The position numbers and the translations under genes are program-made. 36,176 nt of DNA, from assembly GCA_964444635.1 (NCBI GenBank), contig CAYUIA010000002.1, positions 1 through 36,176 of the forward strand, read 5' to 3'. The notes beneath the pieces are model-generated. The model was given only the letters and a program-made list of their open reading frames with translations, made no database searches and was not told where the DNA came from. This DNA is from an uncultured Gammaproteobacteria bacterium. GTDB taxonomy: Bacteria; Patescibacteriota; Patescibacteriia; Magasanikbacterales; GWA2-37-8. Below, one piece after another: positions 6,779 to 14,854 of this stretch (within the stretch, counting starts at the first letter, position 1; every line of letters begins with the position of its first letter).

Positions 6779-7603
6779 ATGAACATCGTTCTTGATTTAA
6801 TTGCTCAAATGTCACCGCTCGCGATCTTGGGAGTTCTGGTGGCAGCCGCTCTTCTTATCGGTTATCTTCTTTATCTTTTACTCAAAAAAGAAAAAGGGGG
6901 AGAAGAAAAAAAAGAGGGAAAAGAAAAGAAAAAGGAACAAAAAGAACAGGCTTTTGAGAAAGAAATTGTTGGAAAAAACATCTCACTTGATCCAAAGATT
7001 GTTCGTTTACAAACTCACTTTCTCAGTGTTCTGCGAAGCCTGACTATTGATGCCAAGGAGTTAGGATTTACTTATGATTCAGATACTATCCAAACTCTGC
7101 TTGCTGACGGCGAAAAGGTTTTTGATTACTATTTGAAAAATCCGGAATTTGAAAAATCGGACATTCCTTTTCTCCCTTGCATTCCGACCAATCAACACAA
7201 TCCTCGCCAGCTGATGGAAACTCTCTTTCACAACGGCAGTCTTTCCGGACTTTGTAGTGTTGATATCCAGAAATTGGAGAACACCATTACTATACCAAAA
7301 AAACCCTACTGGATATTCGGTGTAACTTTCAGCAAAACAGAGCCGGATAAACTTTTTCTTCAGGAACGAAGGTTTGGACTGGCGATAAACGAACTGATAT
7401 TCGCTTCTTGTTTTGCAGAGGATCTGTGGCGAAATCGCAGTACGCAAATTTTCTCCATCATTACCATGATGGACAGGGTTCCGCTCGTTTTCAAATTCAA
7501 TCTAGCCAAAGAAGTGCCGGAGATAAAAGCTTTTTCGGAAAAAGAATCTGTCCGAGATTACTATCTCGGCACTTGCAAAGACCGTGTGTGCTTTGCAGAA
7601 TAA
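6779..7603 (+). CDS. Membrane-anchored hypothetical protein (274 aa): N-terminal TM helix, KE-rich linker, globular C-terminal domain
   Basis: GGAGGA 4 nt before the ATG. TM segment LAILGVLVAAALLIGYLLYLLL followed by a KKEKGGEEKKEGKEKKKEQKEQ linker. Confidence 0.8.
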   Translation: MNIVLDLIAQMSPLAILGVLVAAALLIGYLLYLLLKKEKGGEEKKEGKEKKKEQKEQAFEKEIVGKNISLDPKIVRLQTHFLSVLRSLTIDAKELGFTYDSDTIQTLLADGEKVFDYYLKNPEFEKSDIPFLPCIPTNQHNPRQLMETLFHNGSLSGLCSVDIQKLENTITIPKKPYWIFGVTFSKTEPDKLFLQERRFGLAINELIFASCFAEDLWRNRSTQIFSIITMMDRVPLVFKFNLAKEVPEIKAFSEKESVRDYYLGTCKDRVCFAE

Positions 7604-7606
7604 CTT

Positions 7607-7637
7607 CCGCCCGTCTCTTTTAGAGGCGGGCTTTTTT
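7607..7637 (+). terminator. Rho-independent terminator
   Basis: GCCCGTCTC-tttt-aGAGGCGGGC followed by TTTTTT. Confidence 0.7.
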
Positions 7638-7648
7638 ATTATGTAACA

Positions 7649-7677
7649 TTGACAAAAACACTAATTTGAGCTATAAT
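7649..7677 (+). promoter_or_regulatory. Consensus sigma70 promoter
   Basis: TTGACA-N17-TATAAT. Confidence 0.7.
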
Positions 7678-7723
7678 GATATATTCGTTCTTTGCCAACA
7701 AAAACAAAGAGATGGAGGTCCTG

Positions 7724-8131
7724 ATGAACACAAAGCAGATCACGAAGAAAGAAATCAACTCCTTTACCATCACGATCGTTTTCTATCTGGTGGCAGGTTC
7801 GCTGGCGGTTTATTTCCGTGTCCCCGGTTATGTTTTCGGTGTCCTCTTGGGTCTTTGGACTCTGGCGGTTTTTTCCTTTGATTTCAGCCTGGAAAGCTTC
7901 AAGAGAACTTTTTATGACTCCACGGCTCTCATCTTGGGATTAACCCCTCCCTATCTGGCTTTTGCAGGTTTTCCTCATTTTGTTTCCATCTTCAAGTGGT
8001 ACCTGTTTACTCTGTTTTTTGGAATAGCCACTTGGATCGTGTACAAAATGGGCACAGTGGATAAAGAAGAATTACGGGAAATAATTTCAGAAACCATCAA
8101 CGAGGGAGAACGAGATGAAAAATCTCAGTAA
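7724..8131 (+). CDS. Multi-pass membrane protein (135 aa, starting MNTKQ)
   Basis: The track start 7676 lies inside the -10 hexamer. GGAGG at 7714-7718 sits 5 nt before ATG 7724. About four hydrophobic helices. Confidence 0.75.
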   Translation: MNTKQITKKEINSFTITIVFYLVAGSLAVYFRVPGYVFGVLLGLWTLAVFSFDFSLESFKRTFYDSTALILGLTPPYLAFAGFPHFVSIFKWYLFTLFFGIATWIVYKMGTVDKEELREIISETINEGERDEKSQ

Positions 8132-8552
8132 GCAAAGTTTTGATCCGGCCTATGAAATTATCTTCTGTCTTTTCTATGCGGCTATCCTGGGCTTTCTTTC
8201 CGGACTTTCTCTTTCTTTCATAGATATCTCGCAAGAACGTACTCTGATGCTGTACGGGGGACTACTCGGGTTGCTTTCTGTGGCTGTGGTTTATACTTCC
8301 GAATATAAACCGGCTACCCTGCTCTTTGCACTCCTTCTCCCTCTAATAACTGCAGGTACGAATCTACGCCTAGAAATTAATACTGGAACAGGAGAAACTC
8401 TCTTCGTGGCAAAGGATATATCTATTTTTTTCTTGAAGAGCTTTTTTCTTTTTGCCCTGCTCGGAATATTTATAGCTTTTATCCACTATGGAGAAAAGAT
8501 AATCAAAGAAGACAAAGGTTATGGCGGACCGCCGACCCCGCCATTCGAATAG
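8115..8552 (+). CDS. Multi-pass membrane protein (145 aa)
   Basis: GAGGGAG 6 nt before the ATG; 17-nt overlap with the upstream gene; hydrophobic helices. Confidence 0.75.
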   Translation: MKNLSKQSFDPAYEIIFCLFYAAILGFLSGLSLSFIDISQERTLMLYGGLLGLLSVAVVYTSEYKPATLLFALLLPLITAGTNLRLEINTGTGETLFVAKDISIFFLKSFFLFALLGIFIAFIHYGEKIIKEDKGYGGPPTPPFE

Positions 8553-8557
8553 TACTT

Positions 8558-8592
8558 TAAAAAACACCCGCCCTGTTCAAGGGGCGGGTTTT
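8558..8592. terminator. Bidirectional terminator between convergent genes
   Basis: AAAAAACACCCGCCC-tgttcaa-GGGGCGGGTTTTTC. Confidence 0.75.
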
Positions 8593-8594
8593 TC

Positions 8595-8912
8595 TTATTT
8601 AATTTCGACATCCAGTATTATCGGCCTATGTTTATGTTCTACACTTATTTTTTCTATCATCTTGGCAACATGTTCATCTTTACAAATTCTTTTCAAATAT
8701 TCTTCATCGTTTTCCTCAGGTGATAATTTTGATGGAACTTCTTCTTTTTTCAAATCAACCGACAAGCTTACATTTTCATCCAAAACATACTTCAAATAAA
8801 ACTTTTTTGAAGTCGTGCCAAAATCTTTGTGTTTTTCCAAACAAAGAGTTACCAAAATCGGTTTTCCTTTTTCAAAATCGTTTTTTATTTCTCCTCTTTT
8901 TCCTTCATGCAT
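8595..8912 (-). CDS. Hypothetical protein (105 aa)
   Basis: Intact ORF; no recognisable motif. Confidence 0.55.
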   Translation of the reverse strand: MHEGKRGEIKNDFEKGKPILVTLCLEKHKDFGTTSKKFYLKYVLDENVSLSVDLKKEEVPSKLSPEENDEEYLKRICKDEHVAKMIEKISVEHKHRPIILDVEIK

Positions 8913-9012
8913 ATATTAAAAATTTAATTAATCCTACCTTATATCTTATGCTTGTTTTTGAAAACTGTCAAAACTTGCCTTTCTTTATTTTTTAAACTAA
9001 ACTGGATAGCAT

Positions 9013-9135
9013 CTCCCCTCTCCTTACAAAGCCTGGTCCCATACCAACCCGCAAGGGTCTGGTGTCGGGAGAGAGGGTTAGGGTGAGGTTAGGTTTGGCT
9101 TCCCTCTCCTTACGAAGGAGAGGGTTAGGGTGAGG
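9013..9135. repeat. Two tandem copies of the CCTCTCCTTAC..GGAGAGGGTTAGGGTGAGG palindromic element
   Basis: Copy A is 9013-9088 (long loop) and copy B is 9101-9135 (TCCCTCTCCTTACGAAGGAGAGGGTTAGGGTGAGG). Confidence 0.8.
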
Positions 9136-9154
9136 TCTTACTATATTATAAACT

Positions 9155-9622
9155 ATGAAAATAAACATCATCGTTGTCGGAAAATTCAAAGAAACTTATT
9201 GGTCGCAAGCTGAAAACGAATATCTCAAACGTTTATCCGCTTGGTTTAAGATAAATATTATTGAACTCAAAGAAGAAAGTTTTACTGAAAAAGACGACCG
9301 CGAAAAAATCAAAGCCAAAGAAGCACAAAATATCCTGGCTAAAATTCCGGAAAATTCTTTTATTATTGCATTGGACGAAAACGGCATGGAATTTGAAAGT
9401 GAAAAATTCGCAGACAAACTGCAATCTTGGTTAGAACTGGGCGATGAACTCACATTTATTCTCGGCGGACCACTCGGACTACATTCAAGCGTTTTACAAA
9501 AAGCAAATTTTAAACTCGCTTTAAGCAAAATGACTTTCCCACACCAAATGGCGCGCGTCGTTCTGCTGGAACAACTCTATCGCGCACAAATGATAAATCA
9601 TAATCGCAAGTATCATTATTAA
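9155..9622 (+). CDS. rlmH: 23S rRNA (pseudouridine1915-N3)-methyltransferase RlmH (SPOUT)
   Basis: 155 aa with IIVVGK..., LGGPLGL, and a C-terminal LSKMTFPHQMARVVLLEQLYRA. Confidence 0.9.
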   Translation: MKINIIVVGKFKETYWSQAENEYLKRLSAWFKINIIELKEESFTEKDDREKIKAKEAQNILAKIPENSFIIALDENGMEFESEKFADKLQSWLELGDELTFILGGPLGLHSSVLQKANFKLALSKMTFPHQMARVVLLEQLYRAQMINHNRKYHY

Positions 9623-9638
9623 AACATCCATGTTATGT

Positions 9639-9726
9639 GTCATTGCGATCCGCCATGGCGGAGAAGCAATCCCACTGCTTTCTGAAATTTGTGGGATCGC
9701 CGCGTTCCTTCAGGACTCGCGATGAC
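9639..9726. repeat. Intergenic full copy of the GTCATTGCGA...TCGCGATGAC element (88 bp)
   Basis: Left arm GTCATTGCGATCCGCCATGGCGGAGAAGCAATCCCAC. Right arm GTGGGATCGCCGCGTTCCTTCAGGACTCGCGATGAC. Confidence 0.85.
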
Positions 9727-9730
9727 AAAC

Positions 9731-9759
9731 AAAAAAACGACCTTTCGGCCGTTTTTTTA
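9731..9759. terminator. Bidirectional terminator
   Basis: AAAAAAACGACC-tttc-GGCCGTTTTTTT. Confidence 0.6.
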
Positions 9760-9762
9760 ATT

Positions 9763-10359
9763 TTATTTTCCCAATATTTTTTTATCATCTGTTCTTATGT
9801 CTTTTTTAGGCTTTCTTCCAAAATTTCTTTTGCTGTTTTTATATATTTTATAATTTTCTCTTTTGCTATCACCTATTTTTGCCTTTGTTTCAACTCTAAT
9901 TTCCGTTGGTGTTTTAAATTTTTCTTCTTTATCGCCTGTTAAACTAAATTTATCTTTATTATCATTAATTTTTACACCCATATCCGCAATTTTATCAAAA
10001 TATTTTTCATCTTCTTCATAATCTCCAAAAGTCACTTCTCTTTGTGGCGGCCTGGTATCTCCTTGCGCATTATACATTGCATAAGGATCTTTGGCCTTTT
10101 CTTCCTCTTCCGCAATCATTATGTCTTCAGGATTGCCCGTACCGCTATAGTGGCTTTCAATATCTTCAACAGCTTTATATCCTTCCTTAACCATAACTGG
10201 CTTATCAGTATGTTTATAAGGCTGTTGTTCGGCTTTTTCATCCGCAAAAGGATGTTGCTCTAAATTAACCCCGTCGCCCCCACCGGGGATTCTTTTTGTT
10301 TTTTCCCCTTCATCGGTTTTATCTCTTTTAAACCAATTCCAACCACCTTCTTTAAACAT
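9763..10359 (-). CDS. Hypothetical acidic/Lys-rich, probably disordered protein (198 aa)
   Basis: Intact ORF, biased in D/E/K, no TM segment. Confidence 0.6.
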   Translation of the reverse strand: MFKEGGWNWFKRDKTDEGEKTKRIPGGGDGVNLEQHPFADEKAEQQPYKHTDKPVMVKEGYKAVEDIESHYSGTGNPEDIMIAEEEEKAKDPYAMYNAQGDTRPPQREVTFGDYEEDEKYFDKIADMGVKINDNKDKFSLTGDKEEKFKTPTEIRVETKAKIGDSKRENYKIYKNSKRNFGRKPKKDIRTDDKKILGK

Positions 10360-10427
10360 ATATTTAATATTATTAATAATTAATTATCTATAATATACCA
10401 CAAAACCGCCTTTATTTCAAGACAAAA

Positions 10428-10491
10428 CGTATGTCGTATTTCGTATATCGTATATCACATACTAAATACTAAATACGATATACTATATACG
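10428..10491. repeat. Word-repeat palindrome (CGTAT words / ATAC words)
   Basis: CGTATGTCGTATTTCGTATATCGTATATC ... ATACTAAATACTAAATACGATATACTATATACG. Confidence 0.6.
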
Positions 10492-10569
10492 GCTAAAATT
10501 CGGCAATTGTTTGGGCTTTACACAAGGCCTTTTTTCATCTAATATATAGTTATTATTAACTACAAAATT

Positions 10570-11553
10570 ATGTCCAAAAAACGCATTTTTTCCGGAGTTC
10601 AACCAACCAACAACATTCACATTGGTAACTATTTTGGCGCAATCAAAAACTGGGTGGATGTGCAAGATCAATTTGATTGTATTTTTTCCGTAGTGGATTT
10701 ACACGCCATCACAGTTTATCAAAAGCCCGAGGACTTACGACAAAATATCTTCAATATTGCCAAAACTTATCTGGCGCTGGGTATCAATCCCAAAAAATGT
10801 CTCATTTTCCAACAATCTGATGTCAAAGAACACGCGGAACTCTGTTGGCTACTAAACAGTATTGCCAAAATGGGAGAATTGGAACGTATGACTCAATACA
10901 AAGATAAATCCGCTTCTCATCCGGAAAATATCAATGTCGGACTTTTTGATTATCCTGTGCTTATGGCTGCAGATATTTTACTTTATAATACACAGGCTGT
11001 ACCGGTCGGGGAAGACCAAAAACAACATTTGGAATTGGCCCGTGATTTGGCTATTCGTTTTAACTCTCTTTACGGAGAAACTTTTGTCGTTCCCGAACCT
11101 ATGATCAAAAAAGAAGGTTGTCGTATCATGGGTCTGGACAATCCACTCAAAAAAATGAGTAAATCCGCTCCATCAACTTATAACTATATTTCCTTGCTTG
11201 ATACCCCAGAAGAAGCAAAGAAAAAAATCATGAAAGCCGTGACTGATTCAGGTAGTGAAATTAAATTTGATCCTGAAAAACCGGCACTCTGCAATTTACT
11301 CACTATTTATTCTCAACTTTCAGGCGATCTTATCAGTAATATTGTAGAAAAATATACTGGCAAAGGTTATGGTGATTTCAAAAAGGATTTAGCCGAGTTA
11401 GTCGCCAACTTCTTGGTTGATTTCCAAAAAAAGTTTAATAAAATATCTGATAAAGAAGTAAAAAAACTATTAGAAGACGGCGCAGAAAAAGCGCGAAAAA
11501 TCGCAGCCAAGAAAATGGAAGAAGTGAAACAAAAAATCGGGATAAAAATATAA
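10570..11553 (+). CDS. trpS: Tryptophan--tRNA ligase
   Basis: 327 aa; SGVQPTNNIHIGNY (HIGH-type motif), KMSKS. Confidence 0.95.
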   Translation: MSKKRIFSGVQPTNNIHIGNYFGAIKNWVDVQDQFDCIFSVVDLHAITVYQKPEDLRQNIFNIAKTYLALGINPKKCLIFQQSDVKEHAELCWLLNSIAKMGELERMTQYKDKSASHPENINVGLFDYPVLMAADILLYNTQAVPVGEDQKQHLELARDLAIRFNSLYGETFVVPEPMIKKEGCRIMGLDNPLKKMSKSAPSTYNYISLLDTPEEAKKKIMKAVTDSGSEIKFDPEKPALCNLLTIYSQLSGDLISNIVEKYTGKGYGDFKKDLAELVANFLVDFQKKFNKISDKEVKKLLEDGAEKARKIAAKKMEEVKQKIGIKI

Positions 11554-11556
11554 ATA

Positions 11557-11636
11557 GACCTCCCCTACCCCTCCTTGCTAAGGAGGGGACATCCTCCCCT
11601 TAGCAAGGGGAGGTGTCACGAAGTGACAGAGGGGTC
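11557..11636 (+). repeat. Intergenic copy of the 80-bp triple-hairpin element
   Basis: CCCCTCCTT-gct-AAGGAGGGG, CCTCCCCTT-agc-AAGGGGAGG, TGTCAC-gaa-GTGACA, closed by GACCTCCCC...GAGGGGTC. Confidence 0.85.
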
Positions 11637-11648
11637 TCTTACAAAAAA

Positions 11649-12215
11649 ATGCCAAAAAAACTTCTCACAATTCTTATTCTTTTTCTCCTAGCGGTATTCC
11701 TTTCCGTCTTTATTGTATTTACCGCTTCCAAAAAACCTTCCACCGCACCCAAACCATTAATCACCAACCTTCTCAATATGCAACTACTCTCTCCTGAATT
11801 CAAAAACAATGAAATCATTCCCGGTAAATTCACTTGTGACGGACTCAATATTAACCCGGAATTGAAAATCTACGGTATTCCGGATAATGCCATGTCTTTG
11901 GCTATCATCTTAGACGATCCGGATTCAGTCGGCGGTGATTGGTCACATTGGGTAATGTGGAATATTGATCCAAAAACAGAAACTATTTCAGAAAATTCCA
12001 TTCCTGAAGGCGCGATATTTGGTAAAACAGATTTTGGCGATAACAAATACGGCGGTCCTTGCCCGGCCGTCGGCACCCACAGATACTTTTTTCATCTTTA
12101 CGCCCTGGATACCAATTTAGATATTCCACAAAATTCTACAAAAGCTGATTTACTCAAAGCGATGGAAGGACATTTGATTGCGGAGACGGAATTGATGGGG
12201 GTTTATAGTAGATAA
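11649..12215 (+). CDS. PEBP (YbhB/YbcL) family protein with N-terminal signal anchor
   Basis: GGPCPAVGTHRYFFHLYALD signature. The track start GTG 11613 lies inside the repeat element, so ATG 11649 (MPKKLLTILILF) is preferred. Confidence 0.85.
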   Translation: MPKKLLTILILFLLAVFLSVFIVFTASKKPSTAPKPLITNLLNMQLLSPEFKNNEIIPGKFTCDGLNINPELKIYGIPDNAMSLAIILDDPDSVGGDWSHWVMWNIDPKTETISENSIPEGAIFGKTDFGDNKYGGPCPAVGTHRYFFHLYALDTNLDIPQNSTKADLLKAMEGHLIAETELMGVYSR

Positions 12216-12274
12216 GTGCGTAAAATATACAAATTTAAGTATACTTTACGAGATTTTATTCACATAATAACGAG

Positions 12275-12429
12275 TTGCGCAAAATTTCGCTTCGCTCATT
12301 TTGCGCAATGTGCGGCGCATAACTGCGCCAGCTGTGCTTCGCGAAGCTTCGCACAACTGTCGCATATCCAAAATGGCGATCTGATGACAAAGTCATCATC
12401 TCACCACTTCGGATTATGCGCCGCACATT
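12275..12429. repeat. Nested inverted-repeat structured element (MITE-like or ncRNA)
   Basis: Hairpin TTGCGCAAAAT-12 nt-ATTTTGCGCAA (12275-12308). A 16-bp inverted repeat AATGTGCGGCGCATAA (12307-12322) / TTATGCGCCGCACATT (12414-12429) encloses CAGCTGTGC...GCACAACTG and TGATGAC-AAA-GTCATCA hairpins. Confidence 0.65.
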
Positions 12430-12523
12430 ATCTAAAAAATAGCTCCAAGTATTCACTACATCCGATAACACGGAATAAGCGGCTAAACTAAAAATTAATT
12501 AGCATTTATAATTAACTAAATAT

Positions 12524-12811
12524 ATGGAAAAACAACCAAATGGCATGGAACAGCCAAAATTTGTTCCAGAACTGGCAGAATCTTTTGAAATCGATTTTTT
12601 AAATTCAAAAGGTATTAAAGCAAAAGACGCTATGTCTCAAATCGGCGGCTTTGTCTTTCACAGCAGTGGCTCCGAAGGAGAAGGTAAAGTTTATTTTGAG
12701 GGGGAACGTGGCGATGGTACCAAGATCAGAATTTCCATCAACAGAGGTGAAAACTATAAATCACCTGCTGAAATAGCAGCCGAAGAAAAAGAAGCGGAAA
12801 ATGCCAATTAG
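12524..12811 (+). CDS. Hypothetical protein (95 aa)
   Basis: Intact ORF; no recognisable motif. Confidence 0.55.
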   Translation: MEKQPNGMEQPKFVPELAESFEIDFLNSKGIKAKDAMSQIGGFVFHSSGSEGEGKVYFEGERGDGTKIRISINRGENYKSPAEIAAEEKEAENAN

Positions 12812-12908
12812 TTTTTTGGCTCCGCCCAAATTTTTGCTCCATTTCATTTCGCAAAAACTTCGCTTATTCCGAAACGTTGTGCGAAATTTTGTTTATTTAA
12901 AATAATAT

Positions 12909-13208
12909 ATGACAACAAACGAATTTCAGCAAATGTGTTCAAAGACAGTAAATGATATAGACGCAAAATATAATATTACTCGCGATCCGCATTTTTGCTT
13001 CACTCAACTCATGGAAGAAATTGGTGAATTGGCAAAAGAAATAAATAAACCAAAATTACGCAACAAAGAAATTGATCGCGAAAATTTAAACGGTGAATTT
13101 GCCGATGTTATGTTGCAACTTTTGACACTCGCCGAAATGTTAAACGTAAATATAGAAGAAGCGGTTGAATCCAAGATTAAAATATTGAAAGAACGACACA
13201 ATTTTTAA
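12909..13208 (+). CDS. MazG-like nucleotide pyrophosphohydrolase (small all-alpha NTP-PPase, 99 aa)
   Basis: LMEEIGELAKEI (EExxE) and EFADVMLQLLTLA motifs. Confidence 0.8.
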   Translation: MTTNEFQQMCSKTVNDIDAKYNITRDPHFCFTQLMEEIGELAKEINKPKLRNKEIDRENLNGEFADVMLQLLTLAEMLNVNIEEAVESKIKILKERHNF

Positions 13209-13224
13209 ATTAATCAATTTTTTT

Positions 13225-13506
13225 ATGTTCAAACCAACAAAAAATAAAATCTTGCTTTCTTTGCTCATCTCCATCGTCATCTTGATAATATATATAATAT
13301 ATTTTAAATTTTTTTATATTTCTAAATTACAGTGTCACTTAGTTGATTGTTTAATAACGGAAGAGTATATTAATTTTTGGATAAAACCAACTTGTTGCGG
13401 ATATACAATAAAAAAATTGATAATTGAAATAATTTCCGTTATTTTACCCTCCTTTTTGGTTAGCTATCTGGCTATGTCAATTATTAATAGGAAAAATAAA
13501 ATTTAA
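13225..13506 (+). CDS. Small membrane protein (93 aa)
   Basis: Two hydrophobic helices, in a very AT-rich segment. Confidence 0.5.
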   Translation: MFKPTKNKILLSLLISIVILIIYIIYFKFFYISKLQCHLVDCLITEEYINFWIKPTCCGYTIKKLIIEIISVILPSFLVSYLAMSIINRKNKI

Positions 13507-13515
13507 AATATAAAT

Positions 13516-13896
13516 ATGAAAAAAATTATTTTAATAGTTTTATCAATTATATTAATTTTAATATTATTAGTAGTATCTTTCTTAGTTAGATACAGATTTG
13601 CGTTAAATTCTGTTAATTGCACAAATGAAAATAGAAATAGCTCCGCATGCGAAAAATGCTTAGATAAAGGTGGAAAAATTTTTCAGCATTCATTTGGTAG
13701 TAATTGTGAAACTGAAGCCAAAGATATAAACAAATCATGTACCTATGACTTTCAATGCAGTAAATTTAACTGCGTCTATGAAAATAAAGATACAAAAAAA
13801 GGACGTTGTGATGGTTTTATTGGTGATAATGATGGAATAATGAATTGCCACCGAAAATTTAGAAGTCCGGTCAAATGCGACTTTATTTTGTCTTAA
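13516..13896 (+). CDS. Cys-rich secreted or anchored protein (126 aa, 12 Cys after the signal anchor)
   Basis: N-terminal TM segment IILIVLSIILILILLVVSFLV followed by a Cys-rich ectodomain. Confidence 0.6.
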   Translation: MKKIILIVLSIILILILLVVSFLVRYRFALNSVNCTNENRNSSACEKCLDKGGKIFQHSFGSNCETEAKDINKSCTYDFQCSKFNCVYENKDTKKGRCDGFIGDNDGIMNCHRKFRSPVKCDFILS

Positions 13897-13910
13897 CTTA
13901 AAAAGCTAAT

Positions 13911-13938
13911 TAAAAAAGCAGACTTTATTCGGTCTGCT
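13911..13938 (-). terminator. Terminator (T-run on the minus strand)
   Basis: Minus strand AGCAGACC-gaataaa-GTCTGCT followed by TTTTTT. Confidence 0.6.
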
Positions 13939-13963
13939 ATCGAAAAAACTAATCCGTTCAAAA

Positions 13964-14524
13964 TTAAATATGCGGTATAAAGGCCTCCTCTTCATAGAGC
14001 AATATTTCCTTTGAACCAATCCTGATTTCAACTTTACTCTGAAATTTTTCTTCCAGTTCTTTGCCTATCTCTTTGGCTTTTGGGAGAAATTTCTCCCCAA
14101 AAACCTCCATCTTCCAACTGCAGTCAATTTCTGTGCAAGGTATTTTTTTGCACAAATAAAGATTGGCAATACGAACTTCCACCGCTTTACCGGATTTTAT
14201 TATCCAGTAAAACACTAAGCAAATGGCAATAAAAAAAGCTAACCCGATAATAGCACCGTTTTTGATGCCTATCAGACAGGAGAATGAAAAAACGAATAAC
14301 AATCCTCCTATGATAGGCCAGATTATAAACGGCTTGCCGTCTTTTTTAAACGACATTTTACTGAGATCGGGATCATTCATCACAATCCCCATCTCTGTTT
14401 CTTCTCCGTCAAACTTTTCGTCTTTGTCCTTTTTACAGACAAAAAGTCCTTTGCGAGAAAGAAACTTTGCTACTTCTTTCGCTGTTTTGAGAGCATTTAA
14501 TTCTTCGTCTTTGCTTTTTTTCAT
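13964..14524 (-). CDS. Two-TM membrane protein (186 aa, starting MKKSKDEEL)
   Basis: GAGGAGGA precedes ATG 14524. The track's extension to 14740 would read through a promoter, a terminator and the GC-rich RNA candidate. Confidence 0.7.
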   Translation of the reverse strand: MKKSKDEELNALKTAKEVAKFLSRKGLFVCKKDKDEKFDGEETEMGIVMNDPDLSKMSFKKDGKPFIIWPIIGGLLFVFSFSCLIGIKNGAIIGLAFFIAICLVFYWIIKSGKAVEVRIANLYLCKKIPCTEIDCSWKMEVFGEKFLPKAKEIGKELEEKFQSKVEIRIGSKEILLYEEEAFIPHI

Positions 14525-14569
14525 ATTTTCCTCCTCTGGAAAAAATTGTAAAAGGTACGATAACAAAAT

Positions 14570-14598
14570 ATTGTGGCATCTTTTTTTCTTTTTGTCAA
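14570..14598 (-). promoter_or_regulatory. Sigma70-type promoter
   Basis: Minus strand TTGACA-N17-CACAAT. Paralogous to the promoter at 15185-15213. Confidence 0.6.
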
Positions 14599-14608
14599 TC
14601 TTTGTTAA

Positions 14609-14848
14609 TAAAAAAACAGCTTGTATCAAAACAAGCTGTTGACAAAAAAGAACTGAAAGATGTCGTCGGAGGTATGTACGGCGGAACCTCACAAGCATGA
14701 ACGCACTTCGTGCAGCATTGTGTGTGGGTGTGCAAAACACTGGTCCCTATTCGCCTGTTAAGACTTGCTTTCGCTTTAAGGATGACCACCACAACCGACG
14801 ACGCGTTTAGACGCACCTAACTGATGTCCTCCGCCACTGTCAGTAGGC
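14609..14848 (-). ncRNA. Unclassified structured RNA candidate (~240 nt) with its own promoter and terminator
   Basis: Locally GC-rich with no credible ORF. Promoter at 14855-14883. Terminator AACAGCTTGT-tttgat-ACAAGCTGTT followed by T7 (14609-14640). Hand-found helices: GGUGCGU-CUAA-ACGCGUC, GCAC-GAA-GUGC, GC-GAAA-GC inside CCUUAA/UUAAcaGG, and long-range GUCGUCGG/CCGACGAC. Confidence 0.55.
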
Positions 14849-14854
14849 TTTGTC

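Noticed and set aside
8992-9189. 65-aa minus-strand ORF (…PNPLLRKEREAKPNLTLTLSP…)
   Set aside because: It is a translation of the tandem repeat elements and overlaps the rlmH start.
9637-9942. 101-aa ORF starting in the GTCATTGCGA element
   Set aside because: It starts inside a palindromic repeat, crosses a bidirectional terminator, and is antisense to the better-supported ORF 9763..10359.
12216-12491. 91-aa (+) and 71-aa (-) ORFs over the nested inverted repeat
   Set aside because: Both strands are open only because of the palindromic sequence. There is no RBS, and both translations are low-complexity Cys/His/Ala/Arg.
14525-14740. N-terminal 72-aa extension of the track ORF 13964..14740, and ORF 14595..14816
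   Set aside because: The extension would read through a promoter, a strong terminator and the GC-rich RNA candidate. The internal ATG 14524 has a GAGGAGGA SD. The composition of the extension is not protein-like.
14609-14848. Known RNA classes for the GC-rich unit: cobalamin riboswitch (GCCACUG seen on the plus strand), SRP RNA, 6S, RNase P, tmRNA
   Set aside because: The GCCACUG match is on the strand opposite the promoter and terminator, and no other B12-element features were found. I also found no GGAA/AGCA SRP helix-8 motif, no P4 GAGGAAAGUCC, and no tRNA-like ends. The class is left open, not excluded computationally.
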